DNA of 64,000 nucleotides from a virus. Its lineage: Duplodnaviria; Caudoviricetes. Position 1 is the first letter of the stretch, and each line of letters starts with the position of its first letter. Shown in pieces: positions 38,981-50,357 of the stretch. The translations under genes were made by a program, and so were the position numbers. Where the stretch lies: positions 384,001 to 448,000 of IMG/VR virus record IMGVR_UViG_3300009031_000221, one strand, 5' to 3'. The notes beneath the pieces are model-generated. The model had not been told where the DNA came from. It searched no databases and was given only the letters and a program-made list of their open reading frames with translations.

Positions 38981-39765
38981 GCTTTGTGTTCCATACGCTC
39001 GATCCTATCAAGGGATAGGACACCACTATTCATGTTGTGCGTTGCGGCATACTGATGCAACGCCTCAATCTTCACTTTAGTCTTGGGATCATTTAGGAAT
39101 TCCTTGGGTTTGATTTCCCAAAGCTCCTGAATCCCACCCTCAAGTGTCACCAATAGATCAGGGATGTATTGGTGCTGCTGTCCCTCAAATGTGTACGGGA
39201 TCGCAAAGGGTTCGACTTCTACTTCTTCTACTTCATCGTATTGATCCAGAACCCAAAGCACCCGCCGTTCCCAGGATGATCGAACGTAGACCATCTGATC
39301 GGCTTTCACTGATAAAACCCACCCGGCATGGAACTTTTGATTTCGCACCCAATCTGGATGAGCCCGGATGTAATCCATAGTTCGTTGAGAGCATGCTGCC
39401 CGAAAATCTGGATTGTTCCGATGAACATTGTACTGGGCGATGGTTTCGGGGGTATGCCTCATACCTCGGCGTTTCGTAGCGGCTATTTCTGAAGAATTAG
39501 CGGATCTCAAGCTATCCATGCCAAAGGCCTTCTTGAAGGACTCCGCATCAGGGTAGCCATGCTTCTTGTAATGATGCGCTGAAATGCAATTAAGTTTCAC
39601 CTGACATACCGGGCATGTCAATGCATCCGATGCTAATGTAACACACCGATTCTTACGTCCTCGTATTAGGGGCTGGAGGGCTTGACATGCAGAGCACCAC
39701 TTAGGGTGGCTAAATTTGGTTCGCTTGGTTATATCCGCCCCGCAAGGGCATTTCAATTCATCCAT
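38944..39765 (-). mobile_element. TnsA-like PD-(D/E)xK endonuclease with Zn-finger/NUMOD3-like N-terminus (homing endonuclease candidate)
   Basis: YVRSSWE, EPFAIPY, YIPDLLV, WEIKP; GMRHTPET. Confidence 0.75.
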
Positions 39766-39766
39766 G

Positions 39767-40774
39767 TTAGTAGTCCCGATCGGACTTCCCGAATAACGTT
39801 ACCTCCAAAGGGGTCATTACATCCGAATCCTTGCGGCGACGCCCCGCATTGATTGCCCCCTGAATAGACTTGATGATGCCGATATGCCCAACTTTCAAAG
39901 TATTATTCTGCCCCAAGGCGGCACTGATCGTATCCGAATGCTGGACAAACAAGGGCACGAGCCTATCGGCAGCCAAGCTGGTATTCAGCTTATCTTGGTT
40001 CTCGTTCCAGATCAGAAATATGATGGGCATGATGTTAATACCCCAAAGCGGCAACTTGGTGGCGCCTTTCGTTGAAAGGGTTCTCGTTGCAATAGGATTC
40101 CACCAATTTAGGAAATTTGCCATCTTCTGGAACTTAGAAGGATCATCGATATACATCATGTCCTCCGTAGCATTCCGAGAAACTACCATCTGTGTGATTC
40201 GTTTCTTGGAAATACAATCATCAAGCCGCACTTGCATGTTTATTACGGAAGTCAGACTGGCAGGCCCAGGCTTCTGAAAGGCATTATTGGTATCCAGCAA
40301 CCCCGCTTTCTTGAATACCGGAGTCCATTTGCACTCCCCTGATCGTTGCCCGATCTTTGCACTAGCCCCTGCCGTTAAGATCGAACCGGCATTCTTGCTA
40401 TTGAGCGCATAGAAGTAACGATGCACCGCATTGCGGCTACTGCAAGCCGTAAGGGTAACTGGAAAGTCATTGATGGTATCATGAATCGTAGCGGTCATAA
40501 CTCGATCAGATTCGGTAACATCATTGGATTCCGACAAGCAGTAAATGCGGTGTTGCCCATCAACAATAATGTATTCGTCTTTGTTCTTCGGGTGCTTGAG
40601 GAGTACCAGATCGCCCTTGATGCGAACGATGTCCCACGATGACCCTAATGCTACAGCCCGTTTCTTTGCGATAGGCCGATTGACGAATCCAAACCCATGT
40701 TCAAGCTTGAACAGGTGGAATTTCGTCCCCAGGGATCCCTTCTCGATAGATATATTGCACTTTGTAGTAGCCAT
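39767..40774 (-). CDS. DGQHR (ParB/DndB-like) domain protein
   Basis: IIVDGQHRI. Confidence 0.65.
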   Translation of the reverse strand: MATTKCNISIEKGSLGTKFHLFKLEHGFGFVNRPIAKKRAVALGSSWDIVRIKGDLVLLKHPKNKDEYIIVDGQHRIYCLSESNDVTESDRVMTATIHDTINDFPVTLTACSSRNAVHRYFYALNSKNAGSILTAGASAKIGQRSGECKWTPVFKKAGLLDTNNAFQKPGPASLTSVINMQVRLDDCISKKRITQMVVSRNATEDMMYIDDPSKFQKMANFLNWWNPIATRTLSTKGATKLPLWGINIMPIIFLIWNENQDKLNTSLAADRLVPLFVQHSDTISAALGQNNTLKVGHIGIIKSIQGAINAGRRRKDSDVMTPLEVTLFGKSDRDY

Positions 40775-40886
40775 TGATGATATCCTTGATGTGCGGGTGA
40801 AATTACCCGGTAGATGATCTACCCGGCTAAGGGATCAAATTAACCTACCCTTAGCACTAAATCAAGGAATAAATTTCGAAGGCCCT

Positions 40887-42041
40887 TTAGATGTCATTCA
40901 CGATGCCTTCATCAACATTGGCTTCCAAGCGCGGAATAACGTCGTTCCTCTTGGAAACCAGGACGTTGCATCCTGGGAACAACTTGAGATGCTCGACTTG
41001 GCGAACTCCCGCAAGGCTAGCACGGGTAACCTTGGCCCCGCCAAGAATGACCTCATCAAAGATCGCAACGGGGGTGATTCGGCCCGAGTTGCCAACCTGC
41101 CATTGGATATCACGGATGATCGTCCGCTTTGCCTCGAAGGGAAACTTGTAGGCGATCGAACCCTTAGGGCGCCCGCCCAAATCTCCGTGGATTTCCCGGA
41201 TAACCGTATCGTCAATCTCGACAACGAGACCATCAATTTCGTATCCGATCGCCTTCCGCTTGCTCGCACAGTAGATCTGGTATTCCGCCTGAACTTCAGC
41301 CAAGGCTTTCCATACCGACCATTTCGGCGTTTGGAACCCCATGTCTTCCAATGCCAGGAGTTCCGTGGACTTCGATGCCATGGACACGCCTTGCGGCATC
41401 AGGTTGTAGCTCTTGAATGTCAAGTAGGAGCACTTGGCGAAATCGGTCTGCCGCATCAACGTGCCCGTGGCAGAGTTACGTGGGTTGGATTCACCCGGGA
41501 AATGCCGTGCAAAGTCCGTGTGCATGATGATGACTTCGCCCCGAACCCAAACATTGGCGGGAGTCGGATTGCCATCAGGCAGGAATGGGGGAAGCATCTT
41601 CACAACGCCCTGCATCAACATGGCATTGCGAGTAACTTCCTGGCCAATGGAACCATCGCCACGAGTCACTGCCTGAACCAGCACCCTATTGAGGTAATGC
41701 ATGCTCAAAGAGCAACCGTCAAGCTTGTCCATGACGATCAGGGATGATTGAGCGCTGCAACTCGTTACCCAGGCCTGCATGTCCTCGAAGAGCTGTGCCT
41801 TGTTCAGGGAACTCATCGGGATGGTGTGCTTGACCTTGGGCCAACCACCGGCAGTCGGACCTTGCGACACGGGAGCGCCGATGGTCTTCAGGAATGCGTG
41901 GTTAGGATCCAACTTGCGGAGGTCATCCTCAACAGAGTCGTAGACCGGATCGCTGACCAGAGGGGTTCCGGCGTAGTATGCCGCTTTCCACTTGGTCAGA
42001 TTGGCAACCATCTGATCGATTTGTGCTTGGTTCGCGTTCAC
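40887..42041 (-). CDS. ligA: NAD-dependent DNA ligase, N-terminal half (Ia, adenylation, OB)
   Basis: YYAG.P.VSD..YD, KLDG, VRGEV, IDGLV, WQVG.SGRITP, NDVIP; GTG start. Confidence 0.92.
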   Translation of the reverse strand: MNANQAQIDQMVANLTKWKAAYYAGTPLVSDPVYDSVEDDLRKLDPNHAFLKTIGAPVSQGPTAGGWPKVKHTIPMSSLNKAQLFEDMQAWVTSCSAQSSLIVMDKLDGCSLSMHYLNRVLVQAVTRGDGSIGQEVTRNAMLMQGVVKMLPPFLPDGNPTPANVWVRGEVIIMHTDFARHFPGESNPRNSATGTLMRQTDFAKCSYLTFKSYNLMPQGVSMASKSTELLALEDMGFQTPKWSVWKALAEVQAEYQIYCASKRKAIGYEIDGLVVEIDDTVIREIHGDLGGRPKGSIAYKFPFEAKRTIIRDIQWQVGNSGRITPVAIFDEVILGGAKVTRASLAGVRQVEHLKLFPGCNVLVSKRNDVIPRLEANVDEGIVNDI

Positions 42042-42084
42042 TGGGGGCTCCCTCTATAGGACATCGTCTGTGCCCTTACGTACG

Positions 42085-42111
42085 ATCTACGCTAAAAGAG
42101 GCAGAAGTAAG
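42085..42111 (-). promoter_or_regulatory. Conserved promoter motif + hairpin, drives ligase N-half
   Basis: Exact; GGGCA-CAGACGA-TGTCC. Confidence 0.8.
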
Positions 42112-42349
42112 TCTAGACCTACCGTGGGAATTCTATCGAATCGGCACCATTATCACACCACTTCCGGCATGAAATATTTCTACGAGGATCCCCGTTTTCG
42201 CAACGCTTGGTGCATCGTTGAACACTGCTGGCTTGGTTGCCCAGGTATACGCCAACGGAAGCCCCCGCAATACAAATCAACACAAAAGCTACAATCAACC
42301 ATCCCTTTGCGGACATTCTATCCTCCATACGAAGTTGCCTCTACATCAC

Positions 42350-42376
42350 ATCTACGATGTACCCTCGAATAGTAAG
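42350..42376 (-). promoter_or_regulatory. Conserved promoter motif (two mismatches)
   Basis: CTTACTA-N12-TCGTAGAT. Confidence 0.6.
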
Positions 42377-43858
42377 TCTAGCGCTGAACGATGTGCCACC
42401 CTTGGTGAATCACATTGGAGATTTCCTCAGCCAACGCGGGGTCAAGGACTCGTACCAGTTCACGCAATGAATGAAGGTCAAAGGATTGCGTCTCCTTGAC
42501 CGTCCATCCAAGGACTTTCGCGATTCGTTCGTGCATGGCGCTCTCCCCTAGTCGTCCCAATGAATCAGTTGTTCCACCGTGTAATCCTCGGGAAGGGTTT
42601 CAAAGGGATCCAGTTCTTCCCACTGTGCCTCCGAAATCGTATCCCCCTGGGCATAACTCTGGGTGTGTTCCTTGCCTTCATTCCACCGCACACTACCATC
42701 CTCGAACAGGAAGATGGTGTAGTCCACGTCGTACGTCAACGAATCATCAGAGCTATCGTCTCCGTAATGGAATGCATACAAGAACCCGAATGTTCGTTTG
42801 ATTGTCCTCATTCTACCCCCAGGTGACTTCCCATTTGTGATAATGGGCGTAGGTCACAAGTTCTTCCAGGTCTTCCAACCTACGGATGGTTTGTTCATCC
42901 GTGTTGCCGCAGTCGATAACCTTGCAACCCATTTCAATCTTGCCGACATCGCCCTTCTCCCCCGCAATGGCACGAACCGCTTGGCTCATGGAGGGTTCAC
43001 GGACAAGGTGTTGGCGAGTGGACTCCCGATTCTTGGTCTGCATGAGCAAGTGCTTGATCGTGGGCAAGTGTTCCACGTCCCACGATCCGCACATATCATT
43101 GGTATCCTCACACAGGATACGCAAGATGTCACGGGCATTGCTATTGGCGAAGTTGCATTCCGGCGCCTCGGAAACCCGGGCGATATCAAAGCCATCCTTG
43201 CAGTAGCCGCAACGGGCACCCTCGACGCATCCGGGGAAATCGCAAGCCTGAACCTGATTGTGAACCGGGGCTTGGGGGCAACCGAATGTGATCGACATGA
43301 CGGGCTCCTAATTCACAGAGGGTTCGTAGGGTTCAATGACGCATTTCGCGGCCCAACCCTTGTCTTTGGCCTGGAGGAACCGTTGAGCAGCGGCTTCGGT
43401 CTTCCAATGCTGGGCTTGTGTCGGATTGGTCGTGTAGGGCTTACGGTTGGGTTGCCCCTTGGTCACGTATGCCGTGGTATTCCCGTCCCATTTCCAGTTG
43501 ATGACGTAAACCATTGGAGCCCCTACAGCTTGATGGATGGAAGATCCTCGATCCGATCTACCCATTTCCAAGCGTTGAGGGCGTTGCACATCATCTGGGC
43601 CACGCTGCCCTTGGTGGGGTAATAGACACGAACTTCAGCCGTACCGTAGAAGGTGCGATCCCAGTCAGTGATGTCACCTTCATCCAGCATTCGGTCCAAT
43701 TCCGCAGAGCGTGTACGAGCCGCTTCTTTGACGCCCTTCTTGGTGGTTGCCCACACGGTGTCGATCTCGGTGTCCGACTCGCTGATTCGCTGCCACGTAA
43801 TCTGGTAAATCTTCGTCATCGTAGGTTCCTAAGGGTATCGTCTGCGCCCCGGTAGTAC

Positions 43859-43885
43859 ATCTACGCTGGCACAAGGGAAAGTAAG
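43859..43885 (-). promoter_or_regulatory. Conserved promoter motif + hairpin
   Basis: Exact; loop CAGACGA. Confidence 0.8.
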
Positions 43886-44615
43886 TATCTAGGACTTGAT
43901 AATCTTGATGCGGGACCACTTGGCTACGGATCCATCGGATTTGCCCTGCTGGTAGTAGGATGTCCGATAGGTTTGACCCGCCTTGATGCCGGTGTTGGCA
44001 TTGTCTGTCTTGGCGGTATGAATCCGCGTCCGTAGGAGTTGTTTGGGGCTATCCCGTTTCGGGGCCTTGGTGTCCAGAGCTTGATACATGGACTCAGCAC
44101 AATCATAGCCCGTCATTTCGGCCAGATCTTCATCTGAGCAAATCAAATCTTCATCGTGTCCGTAACCCATGGTAAATCCTTGTTAGGACAGTTGCGTGCC
44201 GCAGGTGCAAGATGATTGGAAGTTGTGTTCGCCTCGGGCTTCCGGATGGCAGCACCAAAGGCAAAGCAGCACGCCCGTCTTCTTGGAATGCGGAAGCGGG
44301 TTCGGAGCGATCTCATGGTTGGCTTGCGCCCGCTGGGCCTGCCGGGCGTTCCACTGGGCAATGCCATAGTCTTCAACGCACTTCGCCAAGTCCGCATCCG
44401 CACAGTCATCCGAAACGGCACCCATCAACGTGTACGCCCCAGGGGCGTTCAAGTTTTCGCATGCCCCTACCCGCCAAAGCCCGCCGCCGTAGATGATGTA
44501 CAAGCATTCACCAATCTGCAATGCCTGGCCAAGGCGATTGATTTTCGAGTTCGTCATGGAGTACCCCTGAAACAGCAACGAGTTTCTTGAGGACATCGTC
44601 TGTGCCCTACACATC

Positions 44616-44642
44616 ATCTACGCTACAATCGGCGGAAGTAAG
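44616..44642 (-). promoter_or_regulatory. Conserved promoter motif + hairpin
   Basis: Exact; GGGCA-CAGACGA-TGTCC. Confidence 0.8.
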
Positions 44643-47483
44643 TCCCAGTAGGTGATGAATTCGTCTTGAGTCCATGCACCGCTTTCCCTAGCCGGCCAGT
44701 TCTTCGCGTCCCATGGAATGGTTTTGTAGGGCATCATCTGCTTCATGTCCAGAAGGTCAATGGCGTCCCCTTCCTCGAACTTCTGTTCCCCTTCCTTGCC
44801 GTAGTTCCAGAATACGTAGATGGAGTTGATGATGAACACCGTGTAGTGAACATCTAGACCATCCGCATCCTTCTCAGGGTACAGAAACTGGACTGTCTTT
44901 GTGATTAGCATGCGATTTCCTTGAGATCTGAAGGGTGCAGTTGATTGAATACATTTTCCACGATTCTCGCCCGAATACGATAGCCCCACCCGTAGTCCAC
45001 AGAATCATCCAACCCTTGGCAAGGATGCTGGGGTTATCCACGCATCCCAAGTAAATGGCACCGATCCCGAATGCCACGCTCAGGAGCGCAACAACAAGAA
45101 TGAGGCGAGGATGAAACATCATGTCAGGGTTTCGGTTTAGCATTAGTCCGTGTGTTTGGCCCGAAATTCCGCCATCTGGCCTTCCTTAGTGTAATGAGCG
45201 CTATAGGAGTAGATCTCGTCATAGCGATTGCCGCCCCGAATCAACTCGGCACAACGATCCTCAACCTTGTCCGCCGGCATGATGTATACCGGAAAGTTCT
45301 CATGGTCGAAGTCATCGTAGCCGATGATCATGTGGGTAGCGCCCATGCGAACGCCCTCATCGTACCAGCTACTTAGATCATCGCGACTAGCACTCATCGA
45401 TCCATCCTCTGGCGAAGTAATTCGCCAAATCTATAGGGGTTGTCAAGGTAAACAGGGCTTTGGCATCGGGGTTCCAACCCTGATCAATGCTTCCCGTAAT
45501 GATCGTCTCGATATCCTTTGGCGTAATCGATGGTTGACGATAACGATCGTAGGCATCAAATTCCCAAGGTTCAGGTTCCGATAAATGTTCCTTGACGCCG
45601 ATGCCTACACGTAGCGTCCCCTGTGTAGTACGCTGAACGGGACGAACTTCGATACCCCTGAGGATGAAATGCCACCGGAAGGGGCGTCCGTTGACTACGA
45701 TATTTCGTCCGCCTTTCATCATGGTCTAGACCTCATCGTAGCTAGATGCCTGTGCCCGGATGATCTCTTCCGCTTCCCGGCATTTGGCTCGAGCCGTGGC
45801 CTGATAGCGCTCCAGGTATTCGACCGCCTTTGCGGTTTCAGCGGGGTCGTTGTACTGCAGCAACATGACCGCATACTCCATGGCACCCAAGCAAGCGCAA
45901 GCGGCTTCCGAATACAGGACGATGGGCTTGACCCGTGGAGCGGGCTTAGGCTCCGTCTTGATGGGGTTGTCGATATGGAATGTCACGGCTTCGATGATGG
46001 TGTTCAGTTCTTCGCTGATGGTTTCTTGTTTCGCCTGACGGCGCTGTGCCAAGGGGATGAGGACTTCCGTCAATAGTCCCCCAAAGAGCACCCCGAGGAT
46101 GGTTCCAACGGTTACGCCAGTGGCGCATACCGTAAACAGGAATCCAAGGGATGCCCCTAGCCATGTACTGCCTATCCAAATTGCAATCTTCTGATAGGGA
46201 TAGTCCATGTTCTTACCCCACTCTGTCTTTGGATCTTTCAATCCATACAGGCCGATCAATATCCCCAAGACTAATCCGACACCAAGACCGACAACAGCCC
46301 CAAACGCATCCTTCGTAATAGAAACCCCGACCAGCATCCCTATCATCCCCATGGGAATGCTGATTGCCGCGAAGTAATTCATGTTTCTACCCCACTCCGT
46401 TCAGGACGCGATCCACGCCAAAGCGCAGCTTGATCCAGGATTCCAATCGTTCGTAGGGCATATCATCGGCCCGCCAGTAGAACTTGTGCAAGCACTGACC
46501 GCATCCCGTTCCCATGACGTAGAATCCGATGTGCTTGGTGTATTTGGGGTTCCCACATTCGGTTTTCTCTCCCACGTCCCTCCCGTTGTAGTCAATGCAC
46601 ATGTTCCAACGGTTCGGGTCGAATTCCCCACGGATGTAATCATCTACCAGGTTTTGCAGCGTGTAGGGCTGGGCGGCAACCGGAACCTGCGGCACCATGT
46701 CCGCCGGCTCTTCGGGAAAAGAGGGTCGGGCGTTTGGCAGTTCGATGGCCTGCATGAATTCGTGCATGACGTTGTAGGGAACATTGAATCCCCCCGTCCC
46801 GTCATCGCATTGGAATACAATTCCTTGACCCCGCCATTCCATGCATCCTTCATTGTTGGACAAGCAAGAAGCCGTCACAACGTCCGGGGCATTCGCGAAC
46901 TTGGTGATGGTGATACGCCACCCTTCCAGTTCGCAGTGCTCATGCCCGTACTTGTCCGTCGTCCAGCCCATTACATCCCCCGTGACATGGTGGGGTCAAC
47001 CACCTCATCATCGTCAACCATTTCCACGGTGATTTCCTTGATGTAGACCGTCAAGTCCTGCTCCATGCGGATGTCCGCCAGGATGGGAGCGTTGCCCATT
47101 TCCGTGACGCGGGCCGACTTGCTGAAGAACACTTCCTGACCCAGCCAGTGGCCTTCCAGGACAACGGTGAAGATCAGGTTGCCGTTCTCAGTCTCGGTTT
47201 CCCGAACCAATTCAACCAAGTGCGTCGTGTGCTTCCGGGCACCCTCGGGGCAAACCGCGTGGAAGTCCGCGATGCGGGCTTGGCAAGGCACCTCATCCGC
47301 AACCGCTTTCTGCATGAACAAACGAGCCGCCGCCTTCGCACCCTTGCGGCTTGCGAACTTCTCGTTCTCGCCAACCTTGATCGGCGTGTTCAAGCCACTG
47401 GAGTACGTTGCGGTGAAGTAGGTAAACTTGGTCATCGTAGGTTCCTCAGGGCTAGTCGTGCCGTAGCAGCCGCCCTATGTATG

Positions 47484-47510
47484 ATCTACGCCAGAGTTTG
47501 AGAAAGTAAG
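47484..47510 (-). promoter_or_regulatory. Conserved promoter motif
   Basis: Exact; longer GGGC...GCCC leader stem. Confidence 0.8.
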
Positions 47511-47864
47511 TCCTCAGTCCTTCTTCGCCTTCCAGTTCTCCTCAAGCCACACGATGCCGATTTCCCCGCCCCATTCTCGGGGTTTACGCCAAATGTTCTC
47601 GGGCGTAACGCGGATCTGGGCGCACAATTCATCCAAGCTTTTGTGCGCTTCTTCCAAGTTGATGAAGCCCCCCGTGTGGTGCATCTTGGACTTCAAGCGG
47701 ACGATCTTGACATCTTGGACATCCGCGACCGACCCCGGCATCGGGGCTTCCTCGAAGAAGGCCGGATGGTACTTGCCCGTCGTCACGTCATGCAATACGC
47801 AAAGCACGTCCAAAGGGCCCCCGGTAAAGGTTCCATCACCGTTCTGAATCATCATGGCGTCCTC

Positions 47865-48353
47865 CTAAGCAGGAATGCGTTCCAACACCTTGAGGGTTTC
47901 GCCGTCCATGACCTTGGAGGCGTAATCCATCTTCATGTCCGAGGTCATGCGGGTATCCATTTCGACGAGGGAAATTTCGGATTCCCGGATGCGACGGCGA
48001 GTGGCGGGATCGAGTTCGCTGAACAACTTGCCGTTCAGGGCGGGGAAATACTTTGATCCCTGTGCCTTCCATCCATCCTTCAGGAAGGAATCGAGCATGC
48101 TGATTCGTGCAGCACCATCGACCAACCGATCATGCGAAACGTACTTCCCATCTTCCAGGACAGGATTGCCCATGACAACCAGGAGGTTACCGATTCCCGC
48201 ACGCAGGATGAGGCACTCGACAAGACCCGTGGCCCAGATCACGCCGCTGCTGCGAACTTGAGGCATGAGGAGGCTGCCCTTGTCCAGGGCCTCAACGACA
48301 CCCTCGAGGCTGCAAGTATTGCGGTAGATGCGGAAGGTACTGGGATCGAACAT
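47865..48353 (-). CDS. DUF262-like (ParB/Srx fold) protein
   Basis: LVDGAARI...FLKD...LNGKLFSELD; AGGAATCTACG-ATG leader. Confidence 0.65.
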   Translation of the reverse strand: MFDPSTFRIYRNTCSLEGVVEALDKGSLLMPQVRSSGVIWATGLVECLILRAGIGNLLVVMGNPVLEDGKYVSHDRLVDGAARISMLDSFLKDGWKAQGSKYFPALNGKLFSELDPATRRRIRESEISLVEMDTRMTSDMKMDYASKVMDGETLKVLERIPA

Positions 48354-48391
48354 CGTAGATTCCTGATGCGGGCATCCGTGCCCTGCTATCA

Positions 48392-48418
48392 ATCTACGCT
48401 GCCGCGACGAAAAGTAAG
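48392..48418 (-). promoter_or_regulatory. Conserved promoter motif + hairpin
   Basis: Exact; GGGCA-CGGA-TGCCC. Confidence 0.8.
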
Positions 48419-48648
48419 TCCATCATTCGATGCCCTGCATCCGTCCGATAGTACTTCGCTAGGTTGCGAGCTAGCTATACAGGCTCCCGTCAACATCCGA
48501 CCCTTTGCCTTACGGCAAGCCTTCAAGTGATCACGATACTCGGATTGCATTCCCGCATCATCCGTTTCCTGAATCACAGAAACCCAGACGTACGCCGCAA
48601 GTGACCAACGCTTGTTCTTCTCCGCATCCAATGCTTCTTCAAGTAGCG

Positions 48649-49530
48649 TCATAGCACTATCACCAATTTGCCACGCATAGCCCAACGGAATCCCGCATCG
48701 TATGCTTCCTGAGGCGGCTCTTGACTCGTGTGTGCCAAGTAGGTCTTGTTGCGAAGTTCCTCAGGCAAAGCCGCCAGGGCGCTATAGGGACAATGGACAT
48801 GCTTGCCGTCCTTCCCATCCGAATAGAACTGGCAATCGTGGAACATGATATCCGCGTCTTTCCACCAGCCCGAATGCGTAACTGCCGTGTCCCCACTGAA
48901 CACAACCACGCTCTTGCCAACACGGACAATGTATCCGTACGAAGGGAACTTGGTCCCATTCAAGTCCATGACGATGTTGTGGTCTACCACATTCGCAAGA
49001 ACCTCGAAGTCCTCATCCTTTGTCCCGTGGTAGTAGGCACAATCAAAGTAGTCTTGCAATCTAAATGTGCCATGGTTTGCCGCAGTGGATGCCGGGTTGT
49101 GATACCGCAACTCATCCAGTTGTTCAGCAAGCATGTTCCACACATCAGGAGGGGCTACCAAGACAGGCTTGAACTGTTCGATGAACTTGACCCGCCATGC
49201 CAGGGAAGCCAATCCCCCGCAATGATCCGCATGGGCATGCGTGATGCAGATGCCCTTCAGGTTGTGGACAACGGACTCGTATCCAGGCATGCACCCACAG
49301 ATTTGCAGCATCGTTTCCGGGCCGCAGTCAATGAGCCAGAACTTGTGGCTTTCCAACAGCGTGTAGTTATTTGCAGGGAATACCGTGAAGGTACGATCCT
49401 CTGAAGGATACGATGTAACCTTCGGGATGCTATCAACATCCAAGTTCGGGATGATTGCGAAGTTGGTATTGCCGAAGTGTCCCATAGGGACGCCACCACC
49501 ATGACCGAATACGTAAATTCCTGTTGCCAT
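48649..49530 (-). CDS. Metallo-beta-lactamase fold hydrolase (RNase Z-like)
   Basis: LIDCG, THAHADHCGG, FSGDT, HDC, YLAH. Confidence 0.85.
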   Translation of the reverse strand: MATGIYVFGHGGGVPMGHFGNTNFAIIPNLDVDSIPKVTSYPSEDRTFTVFPANNYTLLESHKFWLIDCGPETMLQICGCMPGYESVVHNLKGICITHAHADHCGGLASLAWRVKFIEQFKPVLVAPPDVWNMLAEQLDELRYHNPASTAANHGTFRLQDYFDCAYYHGTKDEDFEVLANVVDHNIVMDLNGTKFPSYGYIVRVGKSVVVFSGDTAVTHSGWWKDADIMFHDCQFYSDGKDGKHVHCPYSALAALPEELRNKTYLAHTSQEPPQEAYDAGFRWAMRGKLVIVL

Positions 49531-49531
49531 G

Positions 49532-50349
49532 TTAATCAATCTCCAAGTCGCGAAACCGTTTACCATCCGGGGTCAAATCCCCCTTGACGGGCTTCTTTCC
49601 CTGAACGGAACCTTGAATGTCGTTCGCCAGTTGCCAATCCCGACCTTCCAACCGGGGCTTCGTGGATGCTACCGCGGGGACATCCTCCGGAATCAATGCT
49701 AGATAATCCCCAAGTTGGAAAAATGCAAGCTCTGCTTGACGCAAGGCCTGCGTAGCCAGATTGGGCAATGCCCTTATTTCTCTCCGTTCATGCGCCAAAG
49801 CCTCTCGTTCTTGCCGCGTGCCTTCCCGAAGTTTCGCCATAGCATTACGGAGATCCGTGTTTTGCTTCCGTAGATCCTTGTTGGATGCCATGAGGTCGGC
49901 GTTTTCTTCAGTCGGGCTGCGGGTTAGAAGTTTGTTCTTTTCCTTCAGGCCATTGATGACCCTTTGCGAATGCGCCACATCATCCATATGTCACTTTCGA
50001 GTTTTGCAATCCGTTTCAGGAGGAACTCTTTGCTATTTACGTCAATCGGAGGAGGCATGACCCGCTTGGCTGACGTGTAGGATGCATTGTTAGGAGTACG
50101 AGGGAGAATGGAATTCGCTTCGGGAAACACCTCACCTTGCACCTCCCATCCAGATGTATACGACCGAGTGACATACTTACGGGCATTTATGACTTCAGCC
50201 ACTTCGCCATTATCCGCATCTACAACAGTTATGGCTACCTGTTCAAGGTCTTCATCCCCTGGATCGTCCATCTCGGCTTCCCAGAACGCATCTATCGAGG
50301 CATCCTCCCGGTAGACGGAACGGGCTTTGTTTGTACGCTTCGGAGGCAT
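49532..50349 (-). other. Two hypothetical CDSs: 49532-49987 (coiled coil) and 49945-50349
   Basis: ORF track plus packing. Confidence 0.55.
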
Positions 50350-50357
50350 GACGGGCT

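Larger units (their letters stand above)
42119..47855 (-). other. Long run of ORFan CDSs in promoter cassettes: 42119-42328, 42548-42811, 42813-43298, 43523-43819, 43889-44170, 44618-44989, 45143-45397, 45387-45722, 45726-46382, 46387-46971, 46971-47435, 47514-47855 and others
   Basis: Dense packing, five promoter copies; no family recognised. Confidence 0.65.

Noticed and set aside
38459-40886. Self-splicing intron or intein in ligA
   Set aside because: The N-half ends in a stop, the C-half has its own promoter, RBS and ATG, and there are no intein motifs or recognisable intron core.
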